A stretch of 64,000 bases of DNA from an uncultured Candidatus Saccharibacteria bacterium (GTDB lineage Bacteria > Patescibacteriota > Minisyncoccia > Phycocordibacterales > UBA9973), in assembly GCA_964402895.1 (NCBI GenBank), contig CAYODR010000001.1:53641-117640 (forward strand), read 5' to 3'. Shown piece after piece: positions 40,811 to 50,730 of the stretch. Position numbers and translations under genes: made by a program. Within the stretch, counting starts at the first letter, position 1; each line of letters begins with the position of its first letter. The notes beneath the pieces were generated by a model that saw nothing but the letters and a program-made list of their open reading frames with translations, made no database searches and was not told where the DNA came from.

Positions 40811-42181
40811 TTATTCCAAAACAGTTCCATCTTTTGTATCTAACACATTGTAGCCTAGATTTTCAAGTTTTATTCTTAATTCGTCAGACTTCGCATAGTC
40901 TTTATCATTACGCGCTTGATCTCTTTCTTTTGCTAATTCTTTTGCCTCTTCAGATATTTTAAACTCTTCTACTGATTTTAGATCGAGCCCGAGTACTTCA
41001 TCAAAAGAAAGTAGGGTAGAGTATTTATCTTCTTTTGGTAGTGTACTGTCTCCAAGTAATTCCCAAACAATAGAAAGTGCTATAGCAGTATTTAAATCAT
41101 CTGATAGTGCTGATTTAAATTTTTCTATATATGAATCATCAGCTTTTCCTTCTTTTTTATTTAGGCTTACAAATTTTTGAAGTTTTTTAAGCTGAGTCTC
41201 AGCATTTTCTAGTGCTTCCCATGTGAAGTTTAGAGGTTTACGATAGCTAGTCTGCACACAAAGAAGTCTGACAGCTAATGGATTGATATTTCTATTTAAA
41301 ATATCATCTAGAGTATAGAAATTGTTTTTACTTTTGGACATTTTTTCACCATCTACATTTAAAAAGTCATGGTGTACCCAATAATTTACAAAAGTATGAC
41401 CTGTAGCACACTCACTTTGAGCTATTTCATTTTCGTGATGGACTGGTATGTGGTCTATACCACCTGTATGTATGTCTATAGTTTCTCCCAAGTACTTCAT
41501 GCTCATAGCAGAACATTCTATATGCCAACCAGGGAACCCATCTCCCCATGGGCTTGCCCAATACATAGTATGGTCTTTGAATTTTCCAACTCTTTTAAAC
41601 CAAAGAGAGAAATCCGCTGGATGTCTTTTTTCTTCATCTTCTTGTACTTCATCGCGTACGCCTACTAGCTTGTCGGACAATTTTTGACCTGAGAGTTTTC
41701 CATAATCAGTATCTTTAGATACGCTAAAATATATAGCTTGACTGGTCTCATAAGCAAAACCTTTTTGGATAAGTTTTTCTATGAGTGAAATCATTTCTTT
41801 GATATGATCAGTTGCTTTTGTTTCGTGATTTGGTGGAAGAACATTTACAGCATTCATTGTGCTGTGGAAATAATCAGTATAATACTGTGCTATGTCCCAA
41901 ACAGTCTTGCCTTCTTTTTTGGCACCTTTTTCAAGCTTATCAATACCTGCATCGCCGTCATCACTTAAGTGCCCTACATCTGTGATATTCATTACATGTA
42001 GTACATTGTATCCAAGATAGGAAAGTGTGCGTTTTAAAATATCATCACCGATGTATTTCCGCATGTGACCTATATGAGTAAAATCATAGACAGTCGGGCC
42101 ACAGGCATACATAGTAACCCTATCGTTTGAAATAGGTTTAAACTCTTTTACCTCTCTATCTTGTGTGTTGTATATTTTCAT
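40811..42181 (-). CDS. cysS: cysteinyl-tRNA synthetase
   Basis: HIGH-type CGPTVYDFTHIGHMR, KMSKSKNN; start MKIYNT at 42181 overlaps the corA stop (TAATG). Confidence 0.9.
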   Translation of the reverse strand: MKIYNTQDREVKEFKPISNDRVTMYACGPTVYDFTHIGHMRKYIGDDILKRTLSYLGYNVLHVMNITDVGHLSDDGDAGIDKLEKGAKKEGKTVWDIAQYYTDYFHSTMNAVNVLPPNHETKATDHIKEMISLIEKLIQKGFAYETSQAIYFSVSKDTDYGKLSGQKLSDKLVGVRDEVQEDEEKRHPADFSLWFKRVGKFKDHTMYWASPWGDGFPGWHIECSAMSMKYLGETIDIHTGGIDHIPVHHENEIAQSECATGHTFVNYWVHHDFLNVDGEKMSKSKNNFYTLDDILNRNINPLAVRLLCVQTSYRKPLNFTWEALENAETQLKKLQKFVSLNKKEGKADDSYIEKFKSALSDDLNTAIALSIVWELLGDSTLPKEDKYSTLLSFDEVLGLDLKSVEEFKISEEAKELAKERDQARNDKDYAKSDELRIKLENLGYNVLDTKDGTVLE

Positions 42182-43086
42182 TATAGCCACTTTTTAAACT
42201 TAAAGAATATAAACATAATGATACCTATTACACCCATCACTCCGAGGATAAACATAAAGTCTTGAGTATCATTGATAAATACGAATTTTGAATTCATACC
42301 AAAAATACCAGATATAGCAGTTAGAGGAAGCATAATAAAACTCATGATGGTAAGAGTCTTCATTATTTCGTTACTTTTTGTAGAGAGCAGAGAGTCATTT
42401 GTGCTTTGAAGCTCATTTAAGGTCTCTCTGTGAGAATGAAGAAGCCCTTGAACTTTATTGAATTCTGAAGTTATAGCATTTGCATAAAAAGCATAATCTT
42501 CATCAAAGAATTGTTTACTCGCATTTTCATAAGATTCAAGTACATCTTTATGGAAACGAAGCGCTTGTTTGAAATCTAGGAGTTGTCTGCGAGTACTTGA
42601 AATTTGTTTTACCATTTTTTCTTCATATCCTCCGAAGATACTTTTTTCTATATTGCGGATTTTATCGGTAATCGCATCAAGCTCTATTAGACATTGTCTA
42701 TATATCTGCTTCATCATACCAGCAAAAAGAATACCTCCATGATGTTTTGTGATTTCTTGTATACCGAGAGATTCAAATATGGTGGTAAATTCTTGAATAG
42801 GCACTACTGACTCATAGTGTACTGTAATTAAAAAATCTTTACCGATAATAAAATCTATTTCTAGTTCGTCTTCTATTATTCCATTGTTGTTGATGTCTGG
42901 AAAATGTAGGATGAGGTATATAAGGTTTTCGTATAGATCTACTTTTGAACGAACGCTTTTATTGGGTATTTCTTGAGAGATCAGTTCGGGCAACGAAAAC
43001 TCTTCTTTGATATGGACAACTTCTTCGGGGGTAGGATTATTGATGTCTACCCATGTCAGTCCTTGATAATTATATCTTGAAATCAT
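42181..43086 (-). CDS. corA: CorA-family magnesium transporter
   Basis: C-terminal two TM helices with GMN signature (ISGIFGMNSKF). Confidence 0.8.
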   Translation of the reverse strand: MISRYNYQGLTWVDINNPTPEEVVHIKEEFSLPELISQEIPNKSVRSKVDLYENLIYLILHFPDINNNGIIEDELEIDFIIGKDFLITVHYESVVPIQEFTTIFESLGIQEITKHHGGILFAGMMKQIYRQCLIELDAITDKIRNIEKSIFGGYEEKMVKQISSTRRQLLDFKQALRFHKDVLESYENASKQFFDEDYAFYANAITSEFNKVQGLLHSHRETLNELQSTNDSLLSTKSNEIMKTLTIMSFIMLPLTAISGIFGMNSKFVFINDTQDFMFILGVMGVIGIIMFIFFKFKKWL

Positions 43087-43151
43087 GGCTATATTGTATC
43101 ACGAATAAAGGACTTGCAAAATTATGGTGTTTCTGTATAATATTGGTCTAT

Positions 43152-43499
43152 ATGGCAACTGCAAAAAAGACTACAAATAAAGACGAATTCGCTGTAATAA
43201 AGACCGGTGGTAAGCAATATCGCGTATCAGTTGGTGAAGTTGTTACTATCGAAAAGATGAAAGATGAACACAAGAAAGGTGATGCTGTAAGTTTTGACGA
43301 AGTACTTCTAGTAAACAAAGGTACAGATGTAAACCTAGGTACTCCTGTTGTAAAAGGTGCAAAAGTTACTGGTGAAGTTGTAAGTGTAGGTCGCGCTCCT
43401 AAAGAAGTAGTGATCAAATATAAAGCAAAATCTCGTTACTTTAAGAAAAATGGCCACCGCCAACCTTTTGTAAAAGTTGCAATCACAGCTATTGCTTAA
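43152..43499 (+). CDS. rplU: 50S ribosomal protein L21
   Basis: FAVIKTGGKQYRVSVGEVV…GHRQPFVKVAITAI; track ORF is N-extended into corA; start MATAKK at 43152. Confidence 0.85.
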   Translation: MATAKKTTNKDEFAVIKTGGKQYRVSVGEVVTIEKMKDEHKKGDAVSFDEVLLVNKGTDVNLGTPVVKGAKVTGEVVSVGRAPKEVVIKYKAKSRYFKKNGHRQPFVKVAITAIA

Positions 43500-43502
43500 T
43501 AA

Positions 43503-43535
43503 AAAAACTCCCGCTTTGTGGGAGTTTTTTACTCT
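43503..43535. terminator. bidirectional terminator (rplU/recR)
   Basis: aaaaactccc-gcttt-gtgggagttttt. Confidence 0.65.
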
Positions 43536-44134
43536 CTCTTCTTAAGTGAAGCAGAAAGGGAAGCTGGATCTACATATTCAAGTTCAGCACCTGTTGAAAG
43601 CCCTCGTCCGAGGGATGTGATTTTTAGATTTTGATTTAGCGGACTTAAGATTTCTCTCAGTACTTGGTCTGTATGATCGCCATTTGGGGTAAGTGGAAAA
43701 GCTAGGATTAATTCTTTTATAGAATTATCATTTTTAATTTTTTGTTCAAGGATTTTTATATTTGTACCATCTAAAACATTTTTTTGAATTATAGGAATAA
43801 GTCCTCCGAGAATAAAAAATTTACCCTTATATTCAGTTCGCATAAAAGCTTCAACATCTTGATTTTTTTCAAGTACAACTATTGTTTCTGATTCTCTATT
43901 TGGGTCTCTACAGATTTCACATAAAGAATTTTCTACTTCACCGTCAAAAACTCTAAGACATTCTTTACAGGTCTTAGATTGATTACGAACAGATACGAGT
44001 AAATGAGAAAGTGCTTGCACATAGCTCATCTGCTCTGTAGTGATGAAATACGCAAATCTTCTGGCTTGTCTTTCACCGATTCCGGGGAACCTCAAAAAAA
44101 GACGGATTAGTTTTTCAATGTCGTCATTTTTCAT
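43529..44134 (-). CDS. recR: recombination protein RecR
   Basis: HhH (RFPGIGERQARRFAYF), C4 zinc finger (CKECLRV…CEICRD), Toprim domain. Confidence 0.9.
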   Translation of the reverse strand: MKNDDIEKLIRLFLRFPGIGERQARRFAYFITTEQMSYVQALSHLLVSVRNQSKTCKECLRVFDGEVENSLCEICRDPNRESETIVVLEKNQDVEAFMRTEYKGKFFILGGLIPIIQKNVLDGTNIKILEQKIKNDNSIKELILAFPLTPNGDHTDQVLREILSPLNQNLKITSLGRGLSTGAELEYVDPASLSASLKKRE

Positions 44135-44136
44135 AA

Positions 44137-45543
44137 TTAAAAGTCATCCAATGAATTAGCTTTTGCCATAGGCAGATCATGATTTTTATCAATTGAGATA
44201 AATGAAGTTGTCTTACCATCAAACATTAAGTCTATTTTACCAACCGCACCATTTCTGTGTTTTTCAATTAGAATTTCCGCAAGATTATCTCTTTCAGATT
44301 GTTCTTTATATCTATCTTCTCTATGAATGAACATTACAAGATCGGCATCTTGTTCAATAGAACCAGAATCACGAAGGTCAGATAGACGAGGCTTGCCACC
44401 ACGAGCTTCAACTGCACGAGAAAGTTGTGATAGTGCAAGTACGGGTACATCTAGCTCACGCGCAAGACCTTTAAGTGAACGAGAGATTTCAGTCACTTGA
44501 TTGACCATAGAGTCATGGTTTTTAGATGTAGTCATGAGCTGTAGATAATCTACGACAATAAGTCCGAGTCCATGCTCACTTTTAAGTCTACGAGCCACAG
44601 AGCGCATTTTTACAATAGAGTTTCCGGCTTGGTCATCTATGTATATCGGAGCCTTTTGGAGACGACTAGCAGCTTCCTGAAGCGCTGTGAAGTGTTCTGT
44701 AGAGAGTCCGTGTCCTGTACGAATACTCCAGGCATCTACACGACTTTCAGCTGAAAGCATTCTTTGTACAAGCTGGTTGGCACTCATTTCAAGCGAGAAG
44801 ATACCCACAGGTACACCAGAGAGAGCTACATTTCTAGCGATATCTAGTGCAAAAGTTGTCTTACCTACAGAAGGTCTAGCTGCCAAGATGATAAGGTCTG
44901 ATTTTTGAAGACCAGAAAGAAGTCTATCTAAATCAGGGAAACCAGTAGGAACACCACGAACTTCGTCTTTATGCTCATGTAGATGTTCTATTTGTTCCCA
45001 TGTTTCAACTAGTGATTGCTTAATAGATATAAAAGCATTTTTTGTGTTGATACTTTGGGTTATACGAAAAATATTTTTTTCAGCAGAATCAATAATATCT
45101 GCCACATCCATTTCATTTTGTTCATAAGAAAGTGTGGCAATTTGCTCAGATGCATCAATCAAAGAACGGAGAATAAATTTTTTATAAACAATGTCAGCAT
45201 AGTGTTTGATATTTACAGTAGATGGAACATTGCCCATTAATTCATTTAAGTATCCATTGCCACCTATTTGATCTAAGCTCTTTTTTTCTTTCAATCTATT
45301 GGCAATAGAAAGGACATCAATAGGTTCATTTTTATCATTTAAGCTGGTAATTGTTTTAAAGATAATGTTGTGCTTTTTAGCATAAAACATTTCGGGAATG
45401 AGTAAATCTACAATATCATGTATTGCAGCAGGACGAAGCATAAGTGCTCCCAAGACCGCTTGCTCAGCCTCAAGGTCATGTGGAGGGATTCTGAGATTTT
45501 GAAGAGTTTTAACTCCTTTAGTAAATTCTGCATTTTTATCCAT
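44137..45543 (-). CDS. dnaB: replicative DNA helicase DnaB
   Basis: N-terminal PPHDLEAEQAVLGALML, Walker A ARPSVGKTTFAL, RecA-like C-domain; start at MDKNAEF (the track N-extension overlaps trpS upstream). Confidence 0.9.
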   Translation of the reverse strand: MDKNAEFTKGVKTLQNLRIPPHDLEAEQAVLGALMLRPAAIHDIVDLLIPEMFYAKKHNIIFKTITSLNDKNEPIDVLSIANRLKEKKSLDQIGGNGYLNELMGNVPSTVNIKHYADIVYKKFILRSLIDASEQIATLSYEQNEMDVADIIDSAEKNIFRITQSINTKNAFISIKQSLVETWEQIEHLHEHKDEVRGVPTGFPDLDRLLSGLQKSDLIILAARPSVGKTTFALDIARNVALSGVPVGIFSLEMSANQLVQRMLSAESRVDAWSIRTGHGLSTEHFTALQEAASRLQKAPIYIDDQAGNSIVKMRSVARRLKSEHGLGLIVVDYLQLMTTSKNHDSMVNQVTEISRSLKGLARELDVPVLALSQLSRAVEARGGKPRLSDLRDSGSIEQDADLVMFIHREDRYKEQSERDNLAEILIEKHRNGAVGKIDLMFDGKTTSFISIDKNHDLPMAKANSLDDF

Positions 45544-45624
45544 GTCATTATTGTAGCACTTTTTGAGATCTCTCGCAGAAATAGAGTATTTCCAAAATAG
45601 CCTTATTTTTGGTATGATACCAAC

Positions 45625-46608
45625 ATGAATTCCACAAACAAATCCACAAGAAAGAGATTGGTGTCTGGTGTAAAACCTACGGGCCGTATACATATAGGAA
45701 ATTATTTTGGGGCTATTAAAAACTTTATTGAGATGCAAAAAGATTATGAAGCTTTTATTTTTATTCCCAATCTCCATGCTTTAACTGAAAATACTTTATC
45801 TCAAAAAGAGATTAAAGACTTTACTTATAATGCAATATTGGATTATCTAGGCGCAGGACTTGATCCAGAAAACTCTGTTTTCTTTAAACAGTCAGATGTA
45901 CTTGCTCATGCAAATCTTGCTTGGGTATTTAACTGTCTTGTAACTGTGCCATATCTAATGCGTGCACATGCTTATAAAGACGCTGAAAACAAAGGAAAAG
46001 AGGTTACTGCTGGAACTTTCACTTATCCAGTACTTATGGCATCAGATATTCTTTTATACGATGCAGATGTAGTACCAGTAGGGCAAGACCAAAAACAACA
46101 TGTAGAATACGCTAGAGATATTGCTCAAAAATTTAATAATCAATACAGCGAATTATTTAAACTTCCAGAACCTATAATCCATCAAAATACTGGTATCACC
46201 CCAGGTACTGACGGCAGAAAAATGTCAAAAAGCTATGGTAATACCATTCCACTTTTTGGAACAGATGAAGAAATCACTAAAGCTGTGATGAGTATCACCA
46301 CAGACTCAAGGGGAAGAGATGAAGAAAAAGATCCAGAAAGTATTATTCTTTATCAAATCCATAGATTATTTAACGATAGTGAAGATTTAAAAACTCAGTA
46401 TAGTAAAGGGCTTGGCTACGGCGATGCTAAAAAGATGCTCATACAAGAAATCATAGATTATGTGACACCTATGCGTGCTAAGAGGTCATACTATGAAAAA
46501 AATCCTGAAATAGTCAGAGAAATACTTGTAAAAGGCGCAATGAAAGCAAATGATATAGCTATGAAAAAACTTTTTGAAGTATATGAAGCTGTAGGACTTA
46601 CGATTTAA
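45625..46608 (+). CDS. trpS: tryptophanyl-tRNA synthetase
   Basis: HIGH-type (GRIHIGNYFG), KMSKS. Confidence 0.9.
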   Translation: MNSTNKSTRKRLVSGVKPTGRIHIGNYFGAIKNFIEMQKDYEAFIFIPNLHALTENTLSQKEIKDFTYNAILDYLGAGLDPENSVFFKQSDVLAHANLAWVFNCLVTVPYLMRAHAYKDAENKGKEVTAGTFTYPVLMASDILLYDADVVPVGQDQKQHVEYARDIAQKFNNQYSELFKLPEPIIHQNTGITPGTDGRKMSKSYGNTIPLFGTDEEITKAVMSITTDSRGRDEEKDPESIILYQIHRLFNDSEDLKTQYSKGLGYGDAKKMLIQEIIDYVTPMRAKRSYYEKNPEIVREILVKGAMKANDIAMKKLFEVYEAVGLTI

Positions 46609-46617
46609 TTTAAATAT

Positions 46618-48402
46618 ATGAATAAAATAAACTTTTTTAAAAGAATACTTTTTATTTTTAAGCCTTTTTGGCTTTATTTTGGAATAATAATTGGAATTTT
46701 GATTTTCCTTAATGTTCTTAATACTTTTACACCATATTTATTTGGTAAAACTGTAGACGCTGTAATATCTAAAGACATAGGTTTGACTGTTAAATTATTT
46801 TTAGCATCTTTTGGTTTAGCTATATTTTCTAGGGGTTTTATAGCCTTTTTTAGAGAATACATAGAAATAAAATTCGTTGATGAAAAAGTTATGGAGAAAT
46901 TTTCTTTAGATTCTTTAAAGAAAATGTTTGGTTTTTCTATTGGCCAACATACAAATGAACATTCAGGAGTGAGTCAGGCCGTTGTAAATAAGGGGCAAAA
47001 TGCATTATCTGGTTTAATTTTTTCTATTTTTATAGATATGCTCCCGATAATCATTCAGATTTTTGTAGTTTCAACTATACTTTTTATCTTTGACTACAGA
47101 ATAGCTTTAGTTGCGACATTTTTTGTTTTATTTTATATCTTTATTTCTATACAAAGAAATAAAAAGATTTTTCCTAAAATAGAAGAAATAAGAAATAAAA
47201 GTATAGAACAATCAAAAATACAATCTGAACTTTTTAGAAATGCCTCACTTGTAATAGCTGAAGCTAAAGAAGATTTTTCATATGAAAAATTTAGAGAAAA
47301 AAGATCTGATTTCACAATTTTTTCAATAAATACATGGTTAAAATATATTAAAAAATTTTATACGCATAGACTAGTTGTTATAATCGGGCATTTTACTGCA
47401 CTAGGTACAGGAGTTTATCTTATTTTGATAGGAGAACATTCAACTGGTATGTTTGTCACATTATTTTCTTGGATAGGATCTATTTTTGATTACTTACAAC
47501 AATTAATGAATGGTATGCGCAGAATAATGTTTAATATAGCTGAAATAAAAAAATATTTTGAGCTTTTAGACATCAAGCCGGACATTGATTTAAATGAAAA
47601 TGGTACAGTTATAGAAAGTCTAACAGGAAAAATAGAATTTAAAAATGTAAATTTTGTTTATCCATTTAGAAAATCTTCTAAAGATAAAGACGAAGATATT
47701 AAAAAAGGTAAACTGAATGATGCATTAAAAAATGTTTCTTTTGTTATACCAGCTAAAGCCAAGATTGGTTTTGTCGGGCTTTCTGGTTCTGGAAAAAGTA
47801 CAATCATCAATCTAATAAGAAGATATTATGATACTACAGGCGGTAATATTTTAATTGATGATGTAGATATTAAAGATATAAATCTTCAATGGTTTAGGTC
47901 ACAAATAGGGAGCGTGGAACAAAATATAAAACTTTTTGATGCCAGTGTAAGGGAAAATATTTTATTTGGCTCCCATAATGAAGATATTGATGAGGATACA
48001 ATATCAGAAGTACTCAAGAGTGCTTCACTTGATGATTTTATAAATAAATTAGATCATGGACTTGATACTGTGATAGGTGAGGGTGGTATAAAAATCTCAG
48101 GCGGAGAAAGACAAAGAATAGGTATTGCCAGAGCTTTGATTAAAAACCCTAAAATTATCATTTTTGATGAAGCCACAAGTGCGCTTGATTCTGTAAATGA
48201 AAAGAAAATCCATGAAGCTATAAATATTAGTTCTAAAAACAGAACTACAATCATAGTGGCTCACAGACTCTCAACCGTAAAAGACGCTGATGTAATTTTT
48301 GTAGTTAAAGATGGGAAGATAGTAGATAGTGGAACTCATAAAGAACTAGAAAATAATTCTGCTGAATATAAAATGTTGATTGAAAACCAGATTTTGAATT
48401 AG
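46618..48402 (+). CDS. ABC transporter permease/ATP-binding protein (exporter, fused TMD-NBD)
   Basis: Walker [10 protein letters not shown], signature ISGGERQRIGIA, Walker B IIFDEATSALD; no C39 peptidase domain. Confidence 0.85.
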   Translation: MNKINFFKRILFIFKPFWLYFGIIIGILIFLNVLNTFTPYLFGKTVDAVISKDIGLTVKLFLASFGLAIFSRGFIAFFREYIEIKFVDEKVMEKFSLDSLKKMFGFSIGQHTNEHSGVSQAVVNKGQNALSGLIFSIFIDMLPIIIQIFVVSTILFIFDYRIALVATFFVLFYIFISIQRNKKIFPKIEEIRNKSIEQSKIQSELFRNASLVIAEAKEDFSYEKFREKRSDFTIFSINTWLKYIKKFYTHRLVVIIGHFTALGTGVYLILIGEHSTGMFVTLFSWIGSIFDYLQQLMNGMRRIMFNIAEIKKYFELLDIKPDIDLNENGTVIESLTGKIEFKNVNFVYPFRKSSKDKDEDIKKGKLNDALKNVSFVIPAKAKIGFVGLSGSGKSTIINLIRRYYDTTGGNILIDDVDIKDINLQWFRSQIGSVEQNIKLFDASVRENILFGSHNEDIDEDTISEVLKSASLDDFINKLDHGLDTVIGEGGIKISGGERQRIGIARALIKNPKIIIFDEATSALDSVNEKKIHEAINISSKNRTTIIVAHRLSTVKDADVIFVVKDGKIVDSGTHKELENNSAEYKMLIENQILN

Positions 48403-48422
48403 CTTTTTATGGGGAATAAAAA

Positions 48423-48451
48423 TTGACAATATGTAAATATTGTGATAATAT
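48423..48451 (+). promoter_or_regulatory. consensus promoter TTGACA-17-TAATAT
   Basis: -35 at 48423-48428, -10 at 48446-48451; followed by a ~95-nt leader containing palindrome TTTTCGAAAA. Confidence 0.55.
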
Positions 48452-48546
48452 CTGATTTAGAATGACGTTAAAATAAGACCTTTTCGAAAAGCCGAAATGT
48501 GATGTCTGCGTTTGCGTATGTTCGCTAAAACTAAATATTTTATAAA

Positions 48547-49047
48547 ATGGAGAAGATCCAAAAACCGGCTCAACAGACTGAGAGTTTGTTAGCTAAAATG
48601 TTGTTGTCAGCTATTGTTTATGAGAGTGGCAACCAGAAAGAGTTTAAAAAAGCAGCATCCGAGTTTGCAAGAGCTTTGGGTGGCGAAGAGTCTGCAAAAC
48701 AATTGCTGGACTTTAGCACCAGTACTCACGAAGCTCTGGTTTCTGCTTGTGTTGACATGATAGTCTTTGAGGTTCTTCAAAATGAATCCAAAGATCTTTT
48801 CTCGAAACTTGATCCAGCCGAAAAAATTTGTGCTGAGAACTTGTTTTTTCAGATGACGGGTCAATCTGTCATACAGAAAAGAAGCGACAGATGGATTCCT
48901 TTTTTATGGAAAACCAAAGAGTTCGTTAAAGACTATCAGCTCGTTTCTCCGTCCAAAATTACAGACGAAGAATTGGCGACAGTCCTGAAGGCTGTAGGTG
49001 CAGAACTCCTGAAAGAATGGATTTTGTACTTTAAAAAACTGATTTGA
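48547..49047 (+). CDS. hypothetical all-alpha protein (166 aa), compositionally GC-shifted
   Basis: No recognisable motif; higher GC than neighbours; terminator agaggtgc-atagc-gcacctct+T at ~49066-49098. Confidence 0.5.
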   Translation: MEKIQKPAQQTESLLAKMLLSAIVYESGNQKEFKKAASEFARALGGEESAKQLLDFSTSTHEALVSACVDMIVFEVLQNESKDLFSKLDPAEKICAENLFFQMTGQSVIQKRSDRWIPFLWKTKEFVKDYQLVSPSKITDEELATVLKAVGAELLKEWILYFKKLI

Positions 49048-49104
49048 GAAACAGAGTTTTTGGATTATAAGAGGTGCATAGCGCACCTCTTTTTTATTTC
49101 CATT

Positions 49105-49262
49105 TTTCTGCTACACTGAAAGAGTATCCGTTTAGACTTATGATCTGCTGACAACAGGGAAGTTGAAATGAGAGACAAAGAGACAAAAGTAGGGTGGCAC
49201 CGCGATGAATAATCGCCCCTGCGAGCTTAACAATTAAGTTCGGAGAGGTATTTGTCTCTCCT
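49105..49262 (+). promoter_or_regulatory. T-box riboswitch leader, Asp specifier (GAC), upstream of aspS
   Basis: Conserved T-box core AGGGTGGCACCGCG at 49191-49204. Antiterminator GCG-augaauaau-CGC-CCCU. The UGGC bulge is complementary to a tRNA-Asp 3' end GCCA. Candidate specifier GAC-A at 49150-49153; AGAGUA motif in stem I. Competing helix CCCCUGCGAGCUU/AAGUUCGGAGAGG. Confidence 0.6.
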
Positions 49263-49272
49263 GTCTAAAACT

Positions 49273-50691
49273 ATGGAAAGAATATATATAAAAGATTTAA
49301 ATACAAAAAAAGGAGAAGAAATCCTTATTAAAGGTTGGGTGGACGTACGCAGAGATCAGGGGAAAATGGTTTTCTTTGATTTTAGAGATATGTCTGGGTA
49401 TATACAAGGTGTTGTACTTCCTAATAGACCTGAAGTCATTGAAGTAGCTAAAAATACACGCCCTGAAAGTGTGGTCGCTGTACACGGTATCGTAAATCAA
49501 AGACCAGAAAGAAATGTACAAGCCGATAAACAAAATGGTGATATTGAACTTGAAATCACTGGTATTGAAATACTGAACCACGCAGAACCGCTTCCTTTTG
49601 AAATCAATGTAGACACAAAAGAAGTAAATGAAGAAGTTCGACTTAAGCATAGATATCTAGACTTAAGAAGTGAGAGAATGCAAAAAAATATCAGAGCAAG
49701 AGCATCTATCGTTCATCATATTCGTAATTTTTTGCATGAAAATAAATTCATTGAAATAGAAACTCCTATCCTAACAAAAAGTACGCCTGAAGGCGCTCGC
49801 GACTATATCGTACCTAGTCGTATTTATCCTGGTAATTTCTATGCACTCCCACAATCACCTCAACAATATAAACAACTTTTGATGACTGGTGGTATGGAAA
49901 GATATTTCCAAGTAGCTAGATGTATGCGCGATGAAGATACTCGCGGTGATAGACAACCAGAATTCACTCAACTAGATATGGAAATGAGCTTTGTCCAAAG
50001 AGAAGATGTGATGCAAATGAATGAAGAGCTTTTGATAAGTATCGTCAAAACTTTTTATCCTGAAAAGAAAATCCAACAAATCCCTTTTCCAAGACTTTCA
50101 TATAAAGAAGCGATGGAAAAATATGGATCAGATAGACCAGATATCAGAGAAGATAAAAATGATCCAAATTTACTAGCATTTTGTTGGGTGATAGATTTTC
50201 CTTTCTTTGAAAAAACTGATAAAAGTGATAATCCTGATGGAGAAGGAGAGTGGACATATACACACAACCCATTTTCAAAACCAGTAAACGAACATATGCA
50301 AAATCTACTTGAGAAAAAAGATATAGGAGATATCTTAACAACTCAATATGATATTTGTTTAAATGGATATGAAATAGGCGGGGGGTCAATTAGAAATCAT
50401 AGTTATGAAGCATTGATGAAAGTATTTGAAATCCTAGGACATAAACAAGATAAGATAGAATCAGAGTTTGGGCACATGCTAAATGCTTTCAGGCTTGGTA
50501 CACCACCACACGGGGGTATTGCATGGGGATTAGATAGGTTTGTGATGCTAATGCAAAATGAACCAAATATCAGAGAGGTGATAGCCTTCCCAAAAACAGG
50601 TGAAGGCAAAGACCCGATGATGAATGCTCCTGCTAAAGTATCAGACAAACAACTGGCAGAACTTCAAATAGCTTTGAAAATAAAAGAGTAA
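49273..50691 (+). CDS. aspS: aspartyl-tRNA synthetase
   Basis: OB-fold N-domain, class II motifs (FQVARCMRDEDTRGDRQPEFTQLD, GGGSIR, GLDRFVM); ATG at 49273 (the track start at 49252 is TTG). Confidence 0.9.
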   Translation: MERIYIKDLNTKKGEEILIKGWVDVRRDQGKMVFFDFRDMSGYIQGVVLPNRPEVIEVAKNTRPESVVAVHGIVNQRPERNVQADKQNGDIELEITGIEILNHAEPLPFEINVDTKEVNEEVRLKHRYLDLRSERMQKNIRARASIVHHIRNFLHENKFIEIETPILTKSTPEGARDYIVPSRIYPGNFYALPQSPQQYKQLLMTGGMERYFQVARCMRDEDTRGDRQPEFTQLDMEMSFVQREDVMQMNEELLISIVKTFYPEKKIQQIPFPRLSYKEAMEKYGSDRPDIREDKNDPNLLAFCWVIDFPFFEKTDKSDNPDGEGEWTYTHNPFSKPVNEHMQNLLEKKDIGDILTTQYDICLNGYEIGGGSIRNHSYEALMKVFEILGHKQDKIESEFGHMLNAFRLGTPPHGGIAWGLDRFVMLMQNEPNIREVIAFPKTGEGKDPMMNAPAKVSDKQLAELQIALKIKE

Positions 50692-50697
50692 ATAATA

Positions 50698-50730
50698 AAA
50701 ACAGCTACATTGTAGCTGTTTTTATTATTC
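50698..50730. terminator. bidirectional terminator (aspS/rmuC)
   Basis: aaaacagctaca-ttg-tagctgtttt. Confidence 0.65.
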
